A stretch of 64,000 nucleotides of DNA from Chrysomallon squamiferum (lineage: Eukaryota > Animalia > Mollusca), in the NCBI GenBank assembly GCA_012295275.1, contig CM022679.1, forward strand, positions 24,924,001 to 24,988,000. The letters run 5' to 3'. A model generated the notes under the pieces. It did not search any database. It saw only the letters and a program-made list of their open reading frames with translations, and had not been told where the DNA came from. The translations under genes and the position numbers were made by a program. How positions within the stretch are numbered: the stretch's first letter is position 1; each line of letters begins with the position of its first letter. Below are positions 1 to 13,643 of this stretch, in pieces.

Positions 1-3000
1 TCCTTCTGTGGGGAAATCCATTGTCGGAAAGAAAGAAGGGGAGAACTCCACTGATCAAGTAGGTATAGAAATATGTGCTGTGACATAAATTTCTATATCT
101 GGTCTAAGCCATATCAGTACCTAGTATTAGGAACTGCATAGACATTTGTGTCATGAAATTCGGTTTAACAGCAGCGGGGTCTCACTAGGGGTGTGCCAGT
201 AAGTCACAGTTAGCAATATTGACCTTCTTTTTACAGACAGAACTAAATGCTGTGACATAAATCTGTATATGTGGTGTAAACCATATTAGCATGTACTGTT
301 AGGAACTGCATAGACATCTCTGTCATGAAATTCGGTTTAAGAGCAACAGTGTTTTCACTGTGGGTGTTAATGTAAGTTGTCATTAGCAGTATTGACCTTC
401 TTTTTTATACTGTGACATAAATCTCTTTAATTTAGATTAGAGTCTTGAACATATTTGATTCATTATTTTGTGTAGGTAATGTTCTTTCTGTTTATGTTCT
501 TAAATGTATCAGTAATTCTAATAAACCTTATTGCTGTATATATGTTCTCACTAATTGATATATCAGAACTGCCACTTTAGAATAAACTATTATTTTTTGC
601 TATTTGTTACCTTTTTTCATGAGCAGATCATAGGCACATTCTTAATTTTCACCTTTGCTTCTCATGTATCATTGTTTCTATAGGTTTTTCATATTATAAT
701 AAGTTGTTGCAATTCAGATATTTCTTCACTTTATTTTTGCAGTGTATGAAAAGTGGAAAATGTTGGTCATTTCTTGAAATTCCGTATCCACAAATGAATT
801 GTGGTGTGACATTTGGATGGGATGACACACTCCAGGTAGTTACATTTTTTTTTTTTTTTTTTTTATGTAAGAACAGTGTTCAGACAGTGATCGGTGAATA
901 TTCAATATGTATTTAATGCATAGAAACCAAAATACACAAAAATCTGAAAACTGAGGCATTATTATTATTATTATGATTCTTGTTATTTCAGAATCCTACA
1001 GTGCCTGGTCCACCTAAGAAAGGTATGAATGTTTATTAAATGGTTTTCACTCCAAAACCACACTGACATGTTTTTATATTTAAATTTAATATAGATATAT
1101 TACTGAAAACATAAATCGAAACATATCACCAAAACGTTCATATATTTTTGGATATCCAAAATGTATTCAATCCATACTGAAGTGTTAATAGCTAGATGTA
1201 CAGTAAAAATATTTAAAACCACGTACATAAATATTTAAAATCATTAGTACAATTCATTTTAGGAAATAACATCAGAAAGGTTAGTGATGGAAAGACTATG
1301 CCTGGTTTTCTAAACAAATTATCTTTCATTACAGTGTCTGTACTTCCTAGCAAATTTATTAACATTTTGTTAAAATATTCATAATTCAGCTGTTCTGTCT
1401 GTAATTCCACACAAACTTATTCTCATTTTGTTAAAATATTCACAGTTCAGCAGATAGCATGGGAAGTTTACACATGCTTGCAAAGCCTGTATTGTCATTA
1501 TCATCACTGACATCGTTTGTCATTATGGGCCATTTTTACTTCATTTATAAAGACAAGGATGTTTTGTTTACTGTAACTCATATTATGTTTATGTTGGTGT
1601 TTTACTATTCTAGTGCACACTACATTTTTTTTATAATCTTCAGTAAGTGTTAATTTATTTTTGCACATGTTCTGATAAAGAAGTTCCTTCTGTGGGGAAA
1701 TCCATTGTCGGAAAGAAAGAAGGGGAGAACTCCACTGATCAAGTAGGTATAGAAATATGTGCTGTGACATAAATTTCTATATCTGGTCTAAGCCATATCA
1801 GTACCTAGTATTAGGAACTGCATAGACATTTGTGTCATGAAATTCGGTTTAACAGCAGCGGGGTCTCACTAGGGGTGTGCCAGTAAGTCACAGTTAGCAA
1901 TATTGACCTTCTTTTTACAGACAGAACTAAATGCTGTGACATAAATCTGTATATGTTGTGTAAACCATATTAGCATGTACTGTTAGGAACTGCATAGACA
2001 TCTCTGTCATGAAATTCGGTTTAAGAGCAACAGTGTTTTCACTGTGGGTGTTAATGTAAGTTGTCATTAGCAGTATTGACCTTCTTTTTATACTGTGACA
2101 TAAATCTCTTTAATTTAGATTAGAGTCTTGAACATATTTGATTCATTATTTTGTGTAGGTAATGTTCTTTCTGTTTATGTTCTTAAATGTATCAGTAATT
2201 CTAATAAACCTTATTGCTGTATATATGTTCTCACTAATTGATATATCAGAACTGCCACTTTAGAATAAACTATTATTTTTGCTATTTGTTACCTTTTTCA
2301 TGAGCAGATCATAGGCACATTCTTAATTTTCACCTTTGCTTCTCATGTATCATTGTTTCTATAGGTTTTTCATATTATAATAAGTTGTTGCAATTCAGAT
2401 ATTTCTTCACTTTATTTTTGCAGTGTATGAAAAGTGGAAAATGTTGGTCATTTCTTGAAATTCCTTATCCACAAATGAATTGTGGTGTGACATTTGGATG
2501 GGATGACACACTCCAGGTAGTTACATTTTTTTTTTTTTTTTACTTTTATGTAAGAACAGTGTTCAGACAGTGATCGGTGAATATTCAATATGTATTTAAT
2601 GCATAGAAACCAAAATACACAAAAATCTGAAAACTGAGGCATTATTATTATTATTATGATTCTTGTTATTTCAGAATCCTACAGTGCCTGGTCCACCTAA
2701 GAAAGGTATGAATGTTTATTAAATGGTTTTCACTCCAAAACCACACTGACATGTTTTTATATTTAAATTTATATATTACTGAAAACATAAATCGAAACAT
2801 ATCACCAAAACGTTCATATATTTTTGGATATCCAAAATGTATTCAATCCATACTGAAGTGTTAATAGCTAGATGTACAGTAAAAATATTTAAAATCACAT
2901 ACATAAATATTTAAAATCATTAGTACAATTCATTTTAGGAAATAACATCAGAAAGGTTAGTGATGGAGAGACTATGCCTGGTTTTCTAAACAAATTATCT

Positions 3001-3226
3001 TTCATTACAGTGTCTGTACTTCCAAGCAAATTTATTAACATTTTGTTAAAATATTCATAATTCATCTGTTCTGTCTGTAATTCCACACAAACTTATTCAC
3101 ATTTTGTTAAAATATTCACAGTTCAGCAGATAGCATGGGAAGTTTACACATGCTTGCAAAGCCTGTATTGTCGTTATCATCACTGACATCTTTTGTCATT
3201 ATGGGCCATTTTTACTTCATTTATAA
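1..3226. repeat. Near-identical ~1.68 kb tandem duplication (about 1.9 copies visible, probably continuing upstream of the window), with a nested ~177-bp internal repeat
   Basis: tccttctgtggggaaatcc occurs at 1 and 1685. The copies stay collinear until ~1551/~3226. The ORF track shows paired near-identical ORFs (704/2385, 1213/2895). Confidence 0.95.
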
Positions 3227-5182
3227 ATGAACCATCATTTTTGTTCAAAATGGAACACGGTTTTCCATACTGATATAGTCCTACGTGGTGCCTTGTGTCA
3301 GTCCATGTGATATCAGTGTTGATGAAGGAATTTCATGCGACGACAACGTTTTATTGTGCCTTCCATGAAATTGATATGACTAAGCTGGGAATATCTCCTT
3401 ACATTTAATCAATAAACCATTGTTGATAATCTAGCTATGTTCTGAACACTAATCATGCATTCACCTGATATATTCTATCACTGCATTTTTTCATAATCAT
3501 CAGATAAAGAAGGTATGAATGTTTATTAATTGGTTTTCATTCACTTCTAAATAAATCTGCATTCCCAGAGAAATTTCCAGAAAAAATCCCAAACAAAAGC
3601 ATACTGACCTGTTTTTTAGATTTATTATCTGTTTTGTAGTTGAAATAGTTAAAGACACAAATGGACGTGTGTGTATGTGTGTGTGTGTGTGAAGAGAAAA
3701 TTATGTTTCTTAGCCTATAAATAAAAAGTAATCTAGACCATTGTTATATTTCTGACAACCACAGTCTTCATCATTTACTGTCACATAAATATTACTCTGT
3801 GACAGACTTAATAAATGCAGTTCATGTTATTTCTTATTTATGTTTTACAGTGAATCCGGGAGAACCAAACCTGAATGTGTCAGACATTACACCAGAACAA
3901 ATTTGTGAAGGTATCCTTACATTTTTCTTTTCATCTGATGCGTCCAGTGATGTATATAAATCACATACGACAACAGCAATTTTTCCTTTATTAATAGTGA
4001 AATGCCTGTTCCGCACACAGATGAAATAAGTATGTAAATTTCTAAATAATAGTATTGTATTATTAATACTTTTTTTTATAAATAATTTGGTTTAGTCAGG
4101 TTGTCAAATAAGAACGATCCAATGAAATTAACTTGTTTTTATATAAATTATAAGGTGTACAGCAACTACAAAGAAAATGTCAAGAGTTGGAGAGAAAATC
4201 TCAAGATGACTCGGAGTTGATTGAGGGACTGAGAGCGCAAATAAATAGCCAGGTCCTTGAGCAAGAGATGTACAAGCAAAAACAAAGGGAGAAAGAAGAA
4301 AAACTATCAATGCAATATCAAAATAACTTGACACATGTAGAAAATCAGCTACAGAAAAAGCATAGAGAACTCCAGATTGAGAGAAAAGAGTCTCAGAGAA
4401 AGGATACGGTAATAAGAATACTTCTCCACATATTGAGTATAAAAGATACAGAAATAGATCAGATAAAACGGGAGAAAGAGCAGTCAATGTTGGAGATAGA
4501 TCAGTTGAAACGGGAGAAAGAGCAGTCAATACTGGAGATAGGTCAGTTGAAACGGGAGAAAGAGCAGTCAATACTGGAGATAGGTCAGTTGAAACGGGAG
4601 AAAGAGCAGTCAATACTGGAGATAGGTCAGTTGAAACGGGAGAAAGAGCAGTCAATACTGGGGATAGATCAGTTGAAACGGGAGAAAGAGCAGTCAATAC
4701 TGGAGATAGGTCAGTTGAAACGGGAGAAAGAGCAGTCAATACTGGAGATAGATCAGTTGAAACGGGAGAAAGAGCAGTCAATACTGGAGATAGGTCAGTT
4801 GAAACGGGAGAAAGATCAGTCAATACTGGAGATAGGTCAGTTGAAACGGGAGAAAGATCAGTCAATACTGGAGATAGGTCAGTTGAAACGGGAGAAAGAG
4901 CAGTCAATACTGGAGATAGGTCAGTTGAAACGGGAGAAAGAGCAGTCAATACTGGAGATAGGTCAGTTGAAACGGGAGAAAGAGCAGTCAATACTGGAGA
5001 TAGATCAGTTAAAATTGGAGAAAGAGCAGTTAAAGCGGGAGAAAGAACAACAATCAATCATTGACATGGAGTGCATTCTAGATCTGAATGAAGAGCTAAA
5101 CAACAGAGAGCAGATTGATAATACCGTGACTGAGCTAACATGTCTAGAAAATCGGCTAGAAAGACTAGGACGAGATCCTTGA
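1..5182 (+). CDS. 3' part of an uncharacterised multi-exon gene ending in a coiled-coil repeat exon
   Basis: AG/GT-bounded exons with compatible phases: <1..58, 743..835, 992..1022, 1681..1742, 2424..2516, 2675..2705, 3504..3512, 3851..3910, 4155..5182 (TGA). The chain reads open throughout. The only difference I see between the two 93-nt exons is synonymous (CCG/CCT). The upstream exons are less certain than the terminal exon. Confidence 0.6.
4155..5182 (+). CDS. Terminal exon encoding an E/K/Q/L-rich coiled-coil region with 14-aa repeats
   Basis: 331-aa ORF in the track. The acceptor ttataag at 4154 is in phase with the 3851-3910 exon (…ICE-G-VQQLQRKCQELERK…). AT-rich 3'UTR-like sequence with AATAAA follows. 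Confidence 0.75.
4451..5040 (+). repeat. Coding 42-bp minisatellite, ~13.5 copies of EI(G/D)QLKREK(E/D)QSIL
   Basis: The unit gagataggtcagttgaaacgggagaaagagcagtcaatactg is repeated directly. Confidence 0.97.
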
Positions 5183-6317
5183 GGTTTGAAATATTTAATG
5201 ATTTGATTATTAGTTATGACAGAAACTGATTTTATTTAATTATGGAATTTTCATTATTATTATTTTTTGGGGATGCAAAGAAGAGAATCAGTCATAAAGA
5301 ATGTCTAAATTACATATTTACTAAATAATACTGAAGGCAATTTTAACACAAAAGAACATTTTGTATTGGCAGAAATTTTTAAAATGGGCTGAATGTATTG
5401 GTAAAATATTAAAATTAATTGTTATAATATTTAGAAGATAGAATTATAACTATTTTTGAAGAAGAAACATACCTGTTATATTATCTATTGATAACATGTA
5501 GTAAAATACTGAATAAAAATAGCAAATTTATTATACTTTTACTCTTCTTTAAAACTAATAACTATTTATAACCATGTCCAGTCTGTTGTACAGCTGTACA
5601 GAAATATGAATTTGTATTCATACCATAAATATTATCTTAATATCATATATATCATTTATATGAAGACTGTACTGTTTGAATAATAACATCATTATATCCT
5701 TATGTATATCATACATATTATCACTGGTTTGATATTCTTACGATAGATCTTGTCATATATGTGAAATATCACATTACATTTCAATAAAAAAATATCAACT
5801 TTTACATCTTGTGCAGACATTATGAACTGTTTTCATGTCACAGAATCTAAAGTAATAATATGTTGTCATCAGACATTTAAAAAAAAATGTGTTATAGTGA
5901 AGTGTGTAAAACAATTTACTTGTAAAGACATTTGACTTTTTCTTTTCTCACATTTATATGTATATATAGCTATGAATGATGGCACACATGGTACATACAT
6001 ACATAATACACACAAACACACCACCACCCACAGTCAGTGCTTATATACCTGTGAGGCATGTCAATTACTAGAAGAATAAAATAGTTCTTCTGATGTTTGT
6101 CAAAAATCCAATATTCTCTAACTTTGCAAATTTTGTATTTAGTCATTTCTAAATAGATCACAATGTATTTCAATCAGAATTCAATGTATTCAATTCATTT
6201 AATAGTGTGTCATTTGTTTACTAATATTATTTACTAATAAATGGCACTAACTTTAAAATAGAGTATTAAAAAAAAAAGTATGTGTGTGTGTGTATATATG
6301 TATATATATATGTATTA

Positions 6318-8582
6318 GGGTCATTCCGTGTCAAATCACCCAATGGGTTAAACCCGACCGTTTGGTATACTTGTTGATTGGGATATCCCACAGCACCAAA
6401 TCTGAAATTTTAGGCCAATCGGACCAGTGGTATGGGAGATATGGCCCCCCGAATTTTGAGATTTTTGGCAAAAATGGGTGTGACCACCAAATATGGGTGT
6501 GAACCCTCATATCTCAGGAACTACTTAGCCAATCTTCATAAAATTGGTATTGTTGAAAAGGCAATATGACAAGGATTCCTAATATTTTTTGTTTAGCCAC
6601 AATATAGATTTAAAAATGCATGTCCATGAAAATAACACCTTTTCTGTCATCAGCATCTGATTAACTAAAACCTGAATGATCAATTCTAGATGCTAGGAAT
6701 CACCCTCTCTCTTGATCATCGAATAAGACATTGAAGGCCTACATGTATGCATAAAGTTCACATAAATTTGAGAGAACTATCTTTGTTTCAAATGTTCACT
6801 CTATCCTTCATTCCCAGACACATTCTACTGTTATCACTTTCATAAAATTGGACTGTTTCCGATTTTTCTAATGGGTCACTTTCAGGAGAATGAAGCAGAA
6901 TATCATAGACTGTTTCAAGATGTCGTTTTAATGTTACTGTAGCTGATGCTAGTTTTTTCTGTCCTTTCATTCGTTTACTGGAACATGCTAGTGAATAGAG
7001 TTTAACAGAAGTTTTGCCTAAACTTGCCAGGATAGAATTCAAATCAAAGTCATTTTCTGGGGAAACAACAACCAGCGGTTTGTCTGACAAGTTATCGTCA
7101 AATTCTCCCATACTAAAGCCATCCTCTGCAGGGTTTTGGACCTTTGATTTCTGAAGGCTAAACAAACAGTCAAAGCACAAATTATCTCCTGGCACTAGTG
7201 TCTTTGGAGGATTTACTAAGCATTTGTAAGTGCCCATGCTAACAATTCTTAAAGATCTAGTGCATGCTTGCTTAGGATGGCGATTAAGGGGATCACAACA
7301 CTTTTTCACAATGTTGAAAACTTGAAAGTTCTTGTTTAAGATGTGAACAGATACTCTTGATGTCCCGTGTTTTGATCCCACTTCGAAGAGTGAGGAGTTC
7401 GACTTTCTCAGTTTTCCATATATTTCGCAACAACTCCTTTTTGGTATGATGGTGTTGATAACACACATTTTCAGGAGAGTAAAAGCTGCAGTTAGGCCTG
7501 GAAGAAATACAGATTTTCAGTATTGCCTGCGCCTTCAATTCAATAGAACAAAGTTGGTGCTTTCCTAAATATTAAATGAAATCCTGAAACCCTTTCAGTA
7601 AAGTTAAGCAGGTCATAAAATGGCAGCAGAATACATGTGTCTTTGCCAAAGGTCCACAAGCCTTGGGCATTTAGGTTAAACTTTTCAAGTATAAATCACA
7701 GTTTAGCAAGGTGAAGGTAGACCTTGTTCATACTCTGTGCCGAAGACTGGGTGTACAAATACATTATGCAGTACATCACTTGATGAAGTCTGAATTCAGA
7801 CTGGGTTGTACTGTTGTTGATTGAAACCTTGTTCAAAACCATTGGCAAGGCCACATGACATGATAAAATGACTTGATAGGTTTTATGAAGAAAACATAAT
7901 GCTTACATATCAACATCTGACATTGTGTCCAACTTGAAAGCTTCAGATTCTCAAAGAAATGCAGATGAAGAAACTTCTTTGACTTAAACTTCTAATTGCT
8001 ATGTGCTCAATGGGGATTTTGCCAGGGGATTTCAAGGAGTACCTGACATGCCTGATTGTGTAGAACATGTCATGCCATTTGGCATCTTTTTATATCCTTC
8101 AGGCAAATTTATGCGAACTTTATGCATACATGTAGGCAGGCCTACAATGTCTAACTCAGTGATCAAGAGAGATGGTGATTCCTAGCATCCAGAACTGATC
8201 ATTCAGGTTTTAGTTAATCAGATGTTAATGGCAGAAAAGGTGTTATTTTCATGGACGTGCATTTTTAAATCTATAATGTGGCTAAACAAAAAATATTACA
8301 CCCAGGAAACTTTTATATGTTTTAGTTAACATGTGGGAGATTAAATTTCAATAAAGGTCATCTCAAGGTCACGTGATCCACACGGTCAATTTCAAGGTCA
8401 TAACAAACGTCAAAAGGTCAGTGACCCCCAAATTATCCAAACTTAACAATAACAGCAGATTTGGAATCCTTGTCATATTGTCTTTTCAAAAAGTACACCA
8501 AGTTTCATAAAAATCTGAGACGGTCAGGTTTAAATTTTTTTTTTTTTTTTTTTTTTTGGTGTGATTTGACGTGGAATGACCC
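6318..8582 (-). mobile_element. Decayed DNA transposon, Sola (Sola2)-like, with long imperfect TIRs and a 4-bp TSD
   Basis: Termini GGGTCATTCCgtGTCAAATCAC … GTGATTTGACgtGGAATGACCC, flanked by ATTA on both sides. Internal inverted blocks 6545-6700 match 8180-8297 and 8463-8490. A minus-strand broken ORF carries the CCDPLNRH…LVPGDNLCFDC cysteine motif. GRG termini, a 4-bp TSD and long TIRs fit Sola2. No intact DDD domain seen. Confidence 0.7.
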
Positions 8583-10830
8583 ATTATATATTATATAACA
8601 GTGTATTACAATACGATTTTAATCAACAGTTTCAATAACAGTAATAAAATGATTCGCAGCTGGTATCCAATTAAATTATCTTAAGTAATAGAACCAAATT
8701 ATTTTCCTTCCTATAAGTAACAGTAGTTGATTAACACTGAGAATTAAAATTAAGTTATATATTAAGATTAACCAGAAATCATGGAATTGAAATTATTTTT
8801 ATATTGAATTTCTTGCAAGATAAGAAAACAAAACGACATGCCAAATTTTATGACATTTTTTTTATATATATATATATCATTCATTTGAAATAAAGTTAAA
8901 TAAGAATGGGAACAACAGTGTAGAGAAATTTACATTTTAATCACTGAATTGCTATTCTCAGATTAATTAAAAGGCAGCAGCGATATTTTTTCCCAATATT
9001 TCACATTTGCTGTATTAAAACATAGAAAAGTTTATCTTTTTTCTTCTTTTAACTTGTAACACTGTTAATGTCAATAAAATTCAATTTCATTTTTATTTAA
9101 AGTTAATTTTTATATATTAAATCATGCAATAAACAACTATAAATTTTAGATTGAAAAGAATCGTATAAAAATTTAATAAATATATAAATATGTTTTCATT
9201 TTACATTTTATTCACGTTTGTAATTTGTTTTTAAATTATTCCTGGAATCTTTAATGCTATTTTTATAAGATTTTAATGGAACTTTTTATCTAATTATTTT
9301 TAAGAATAATAAAATAAAATTTATATTCCCTTCACTTTCAAAATCTTTTAAATGCCAAGATTTTAAAACCATGTTTGTGTATTTATTTTTACGGATGTTC
9401 ATTGTGGAAATATTTTTTATAATGGAAAGAAATTATACTTATATGTTGATATTCAAGTTCTTTTTTTAAATAACTAAATTGCAAAGAGCAGATGTTATAA
9501 ACATGTATATTACTGTTCTTAAAATCATGTCCAAGATTATCTATGCATTCCGAAAATACAAGTTTTAGATCTTTGTTTTGTTATCTTTTGACTGGTTTTC
9601 TACTGTTTTCCACTAAATAAACTATTTAATGTTTTTCTGTTATCTGTTTTTAATTTTTCTTTTTTTCCTGATTTTGTTTCAGAAGTTATAATCACGTATT
9701 ACTAAACTCCAGATTGTTGTAAATGAATGTCAGTAAATTAATAATTAATATCTCAAGATATTTGTAATATAGAGATTAATATACATATTATAATTAATAT
9801 ACAAATCTGTGAAAAAGAAAGTGGTTATAAAACCAACATCAGGAGATGTGCTATAATTCCACCATGAAGAAGCAGTTATCTCGCGGTAAGAATAAATTGT
9901 TCTAGATCAATGTCACAGGAATAAAAGAGAGATTCAGTGACTTATGTCTCATAAGAAAGATTCTCCTCTAGCAAAAGTTTCGTCTTTATTAAGTAGTTGC
10001 AGTTAACTGGAAACTGATAGAAATATTTATTTAACATTTTACTAAAAAGAAACTTCCTTGATATTTTGAATCTATTTTCATAATAAATTTATTTAACGTT
10101 TAAGAGAAATGACACTGGTAGTTTAAATATATTTTAATTAACTTGACGAGATTGTTAAAAATATATAAAACATGTTTTCTGGTTTGATGTTTTAATTTGA
10201 CTAATAGTTATCTCATACTGCTGTGATTGTTAATCTTTTATCTTTTAATTTTTAATATTTTTTTTAATTTATCTTCTTTTTTTAGCATCCGTTTTTAAAT
10301 AATTTTTAAGGTTGGATGTCCTAAGTTCCATTTTATACTATCAAACAAAATATGATTGTTACGTTTCTGTAAATATATTTGTGTTCTCAACTGTTAAATT
10401 GATACACATTTTGTAAATAAATAAAAAAATTTAAAAAAGTATTCTTACAAAGAGTGAATTTTCAAATGATGCTTCAAACAGCTCAGGAGTGAAAAACACT
10501 TTTAAGAAATATCACAATTAATTTATTTTTTTTTCATCAGTATGATTTCCCATGTAAACTTTTGAATTACTCTGTGGTAGAAAATATTTCTGAACAAAAT
10601 GATTATTAGCAGTAAGACCCAAGATATTTTTTCAGACTATAATAATGCAAAAAAAATAAAAAAATAGAGATTTTCCACGAATTTCATATTTCAAAGTTTT
10701 TTCACAAATGAACTTTTGTATGTCATTTTAGAAATCCAACTTGAAGAAAATAAAATGAATGAACAAATAAATATTTATTGTCATCCCACTACAACAAACA
10801 ATTGATTATTAGTGTCAAACATATGCTGAA

Positions 10831-10863
<33 letters not shown>

Positions 10864-11689
10864 CCTGACATGGTACAAAACTCGTCTGATGACGAGTTTT
10901 TCTAATTATTTGTCTATTTGTCTTTTATATTAAGCAGCTAAAACTATATTGTCATTGTAACTCTTATATAGTAGGGATTCATTTTCTTTAGACGTCTTTG
11001 AAGTTATTTTTCTTTGTAAAATGCGACCAAAAATAAAAATATAAAACAACATCTATAATATATATTATAGATGTTGTTTTATTTTTTATTTTTTATCACA
11101 TTTTACATATACATCTGTCTATATAAAATCTTTATTTGTGTTTTGTTTTTCTAAGCGTCTTCTACAGAGAGAGAGAAAACACGTAGTCCATTACTAAACA
11201 TGTCTATGCTACATTCAAAATGATTGCATTGAGTCTTTCTCTCCTATTGCAAAGCCAGCTAGTAATCAGTTCACCACACAATACATAGAGGAATGTCTCT
11301 AAGTTGTGCTTTATTTTAGAACAGTCAAGCTTCATTTTTAATAAATAAATAAATAAACATCAGATCAACTCGGCAAGTTATGTACATACATACAGACGTC
11401 TATTTCTGTTTATCTACGTCTTTCTGCTTTATATTTAACCTTCCATCCATCGATCTTTCAGTCAATTCAACAGTCAATCCTATGTAGGTAGATGGGTAGC
11501 CAGCCAGACAGGGAAATAGATAGGCATGCAGATCCGTCGATAGATATATATCAATAGTTAGAAAGATAGATAAATGACAAAAAAAGGTAAGTAGGTAAAT
11601 GATGTTTGAAATCTGTTGGTAAATTTAATGAACAGCAAAATGAACTATATTTATTTTATTTATAGAGAAAAAAGATTTAAAATATACGA

Positions 11690-12206
11690 CAGTGGTATCT
11701 TGACTTACGAGTTTAATTCGTTCCGTGACCGAAACCTTAACTCATTTTACTCATATATCAAATCAATTTTCGCAGATGAAATTAACTGAAATACCATTAA
11801 TCTGTTCCAGCCCCCTAGAAAACCACTACAATTTTTTGTAAAGTGTTTTTAAATAAGAAAAATGCATGTATAAATGACAAATAATAACAAATATGACAAC
11901 CACATAAAATAAAAGATAATGCAAAGAAATAAATTGGTTTTGTAAAGTGTACTGTGGGTTAAGTTTTCTCCAGTGAACAGCATTAACTGGGAGGTTCTAT
12001 GTTTTACTTGTGAAGAAGTAAAATGAATTTAATAATATTAATTACAGAACCTAGTTTCAGCAATAGAATTTAAAAATAAATAATTAAAAATTTGTACAAT
12101 ACACATACAAATAATAAAATAATAAACTGTACAATTAATCATATTAGTGCTATTAGATTTTCACTTAATGTCTTTTATACATAAGTTATTATCTTTGTAT
12201 AATTTT
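11690..12206. mobile_element. Probable Tigger/pogo-like non-autonomous element end, running into the assembly gap
   Basis: Starts CAGTGGTATCTTGACTTACGAGTTTAATTCGTTCC, resembling Tigger-type TIRs. The other end is not visible. Confidence 0.4.
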
Positions 12207-12406
12207 NNNNNNNNNNNNNNNNNNNNNNNNNNNNNNNNNNNNNNNNNNNNNNNNNNNNNNNNNNNNNNNNNNNNNNNNNNNNNNNNNNNNNNNNNNNNNN
12301 NNNNNNNNNNNNNNNNNNNNNNNNNNNNNNNNNNNNNNNNNNNNNNNNNNNNNNNNNNNNNNNNNNNNNNNNNNNNNNNNNNNNNNNNNNNNNNNNNNNN
12401 NNNNNN
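12207..12406. other. Assembly gap (200 N)
   Basis: Run of 200 N. Confidence 1.
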
Positions 12407-13643
12407 TATACATGTATCTCTGACTGTCTGAAAAGAATTGACTATGTAAAAATAGCTCGTCACTCTACTCTTTTGTGGCTCTCTTCTGCCCCTCCTCTGT
12501 AACTCACTGACTGATTTACTCACATATAAATAAATATGTGTTATTAAATAATATAAAAAGAAATAGTTTGATGTAAAACTGTTTTTATAACGTATGCACA
12601 TATCCAATATTACCTTTTTGTTTGTATAAACAAAAAATAATGAAATGTCAATCTTTACTACTGATAAGGAATAACAATAAAATAACATTCCCAAAGAACA
12701 CTGTTATTTTACGTTTTGCTAATTATTTGGGTAATGTATAATTTGTATATAGAAAAGCATTCTTAATAAAAATAAATAAATAAATAAAATAAAATTAAAA
12801 TAAATAAATATATAATAGAAAAAATATAAATAAAACACTGATAACTGTTGATTTAAAAGCAACTCAATGAGTTACACGTTACATGTAGTCTCCAAAGATT
12901 TTCCTTTATTATAATTTTTTTTTTTTTTTTTGACAAGGTATCAAAATTAAAATAATAATTTACCTTTGATGGGCTGGCGCTGAAGAGCTGATTTTAGACA
13001 TAATACTCGCTGTCAAGCCAAACCTAGTAAAAGATGTTTTGATTTGGTGGCTAACCTTGAACTGCAAATGAACGTTTTGTGATAAAAACACACGAGGTGA
13101 CAGAGCCAGTAGTATATCGCTGTAGTGAGTGAAATCTGTACAAATGTTTACTAAACGTTCAGTCAGATGTCTCGCTATACCACGTTCTAATAATAGAAAG
13201 TAACCAAGCGAGTGAAAACCCGCCGAGTATGCTACATTTATTTACTATTTACACCAAGGCCTTGACCACTATCTGTGCCTACATTTGCTGATAAAATTTA
13301 TTATAAAAATGTTAATACAAATCAACAAGCTAGCTTATCTGTTTTGTTTTCAGTTACACAGGTCATTCAAAAATCCCTCTTCAAGAATTCCTCTCCAACT
13401 CCGGTCAGCATCTCCCTTGTAACAAGATTGCAGGCATGTACACATGTGTATGAAACAGAATGTGCATCATAGCGAATGGATATGTATGTTTCTAGAGAGA
13501 AGGTGTATAAGTGTGTGTATGTGTTCGAGAGATTTGGTATGTATGCGAATGTGAAATGAAAATTGGGTACATAGCTAGCTGTGCATGCGTTTGCTAAAGA
13601 AAGTGTATGCCCGTGCAGTGCATTAGATACACAATAGGTGGTA

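Noticed and set aside
4451-5040. Regular repeat array considered as a CRISPR
   Set aside because: The units are contiguous with no unique spacers, there are no cas genes, and the context is eukaryotic.
4128-5057. 309-aa antisense ORF (LSPVSTDLSPVLTA repeats, mucin-like)
   Set aside because: It is the stop-free shadow of the 42-bp repeat. Splice signals and protein composition favour the + strand.
12147-12694. ORFs spanning poly-X
   Set aside because: Artefacts of the 200-N gap.
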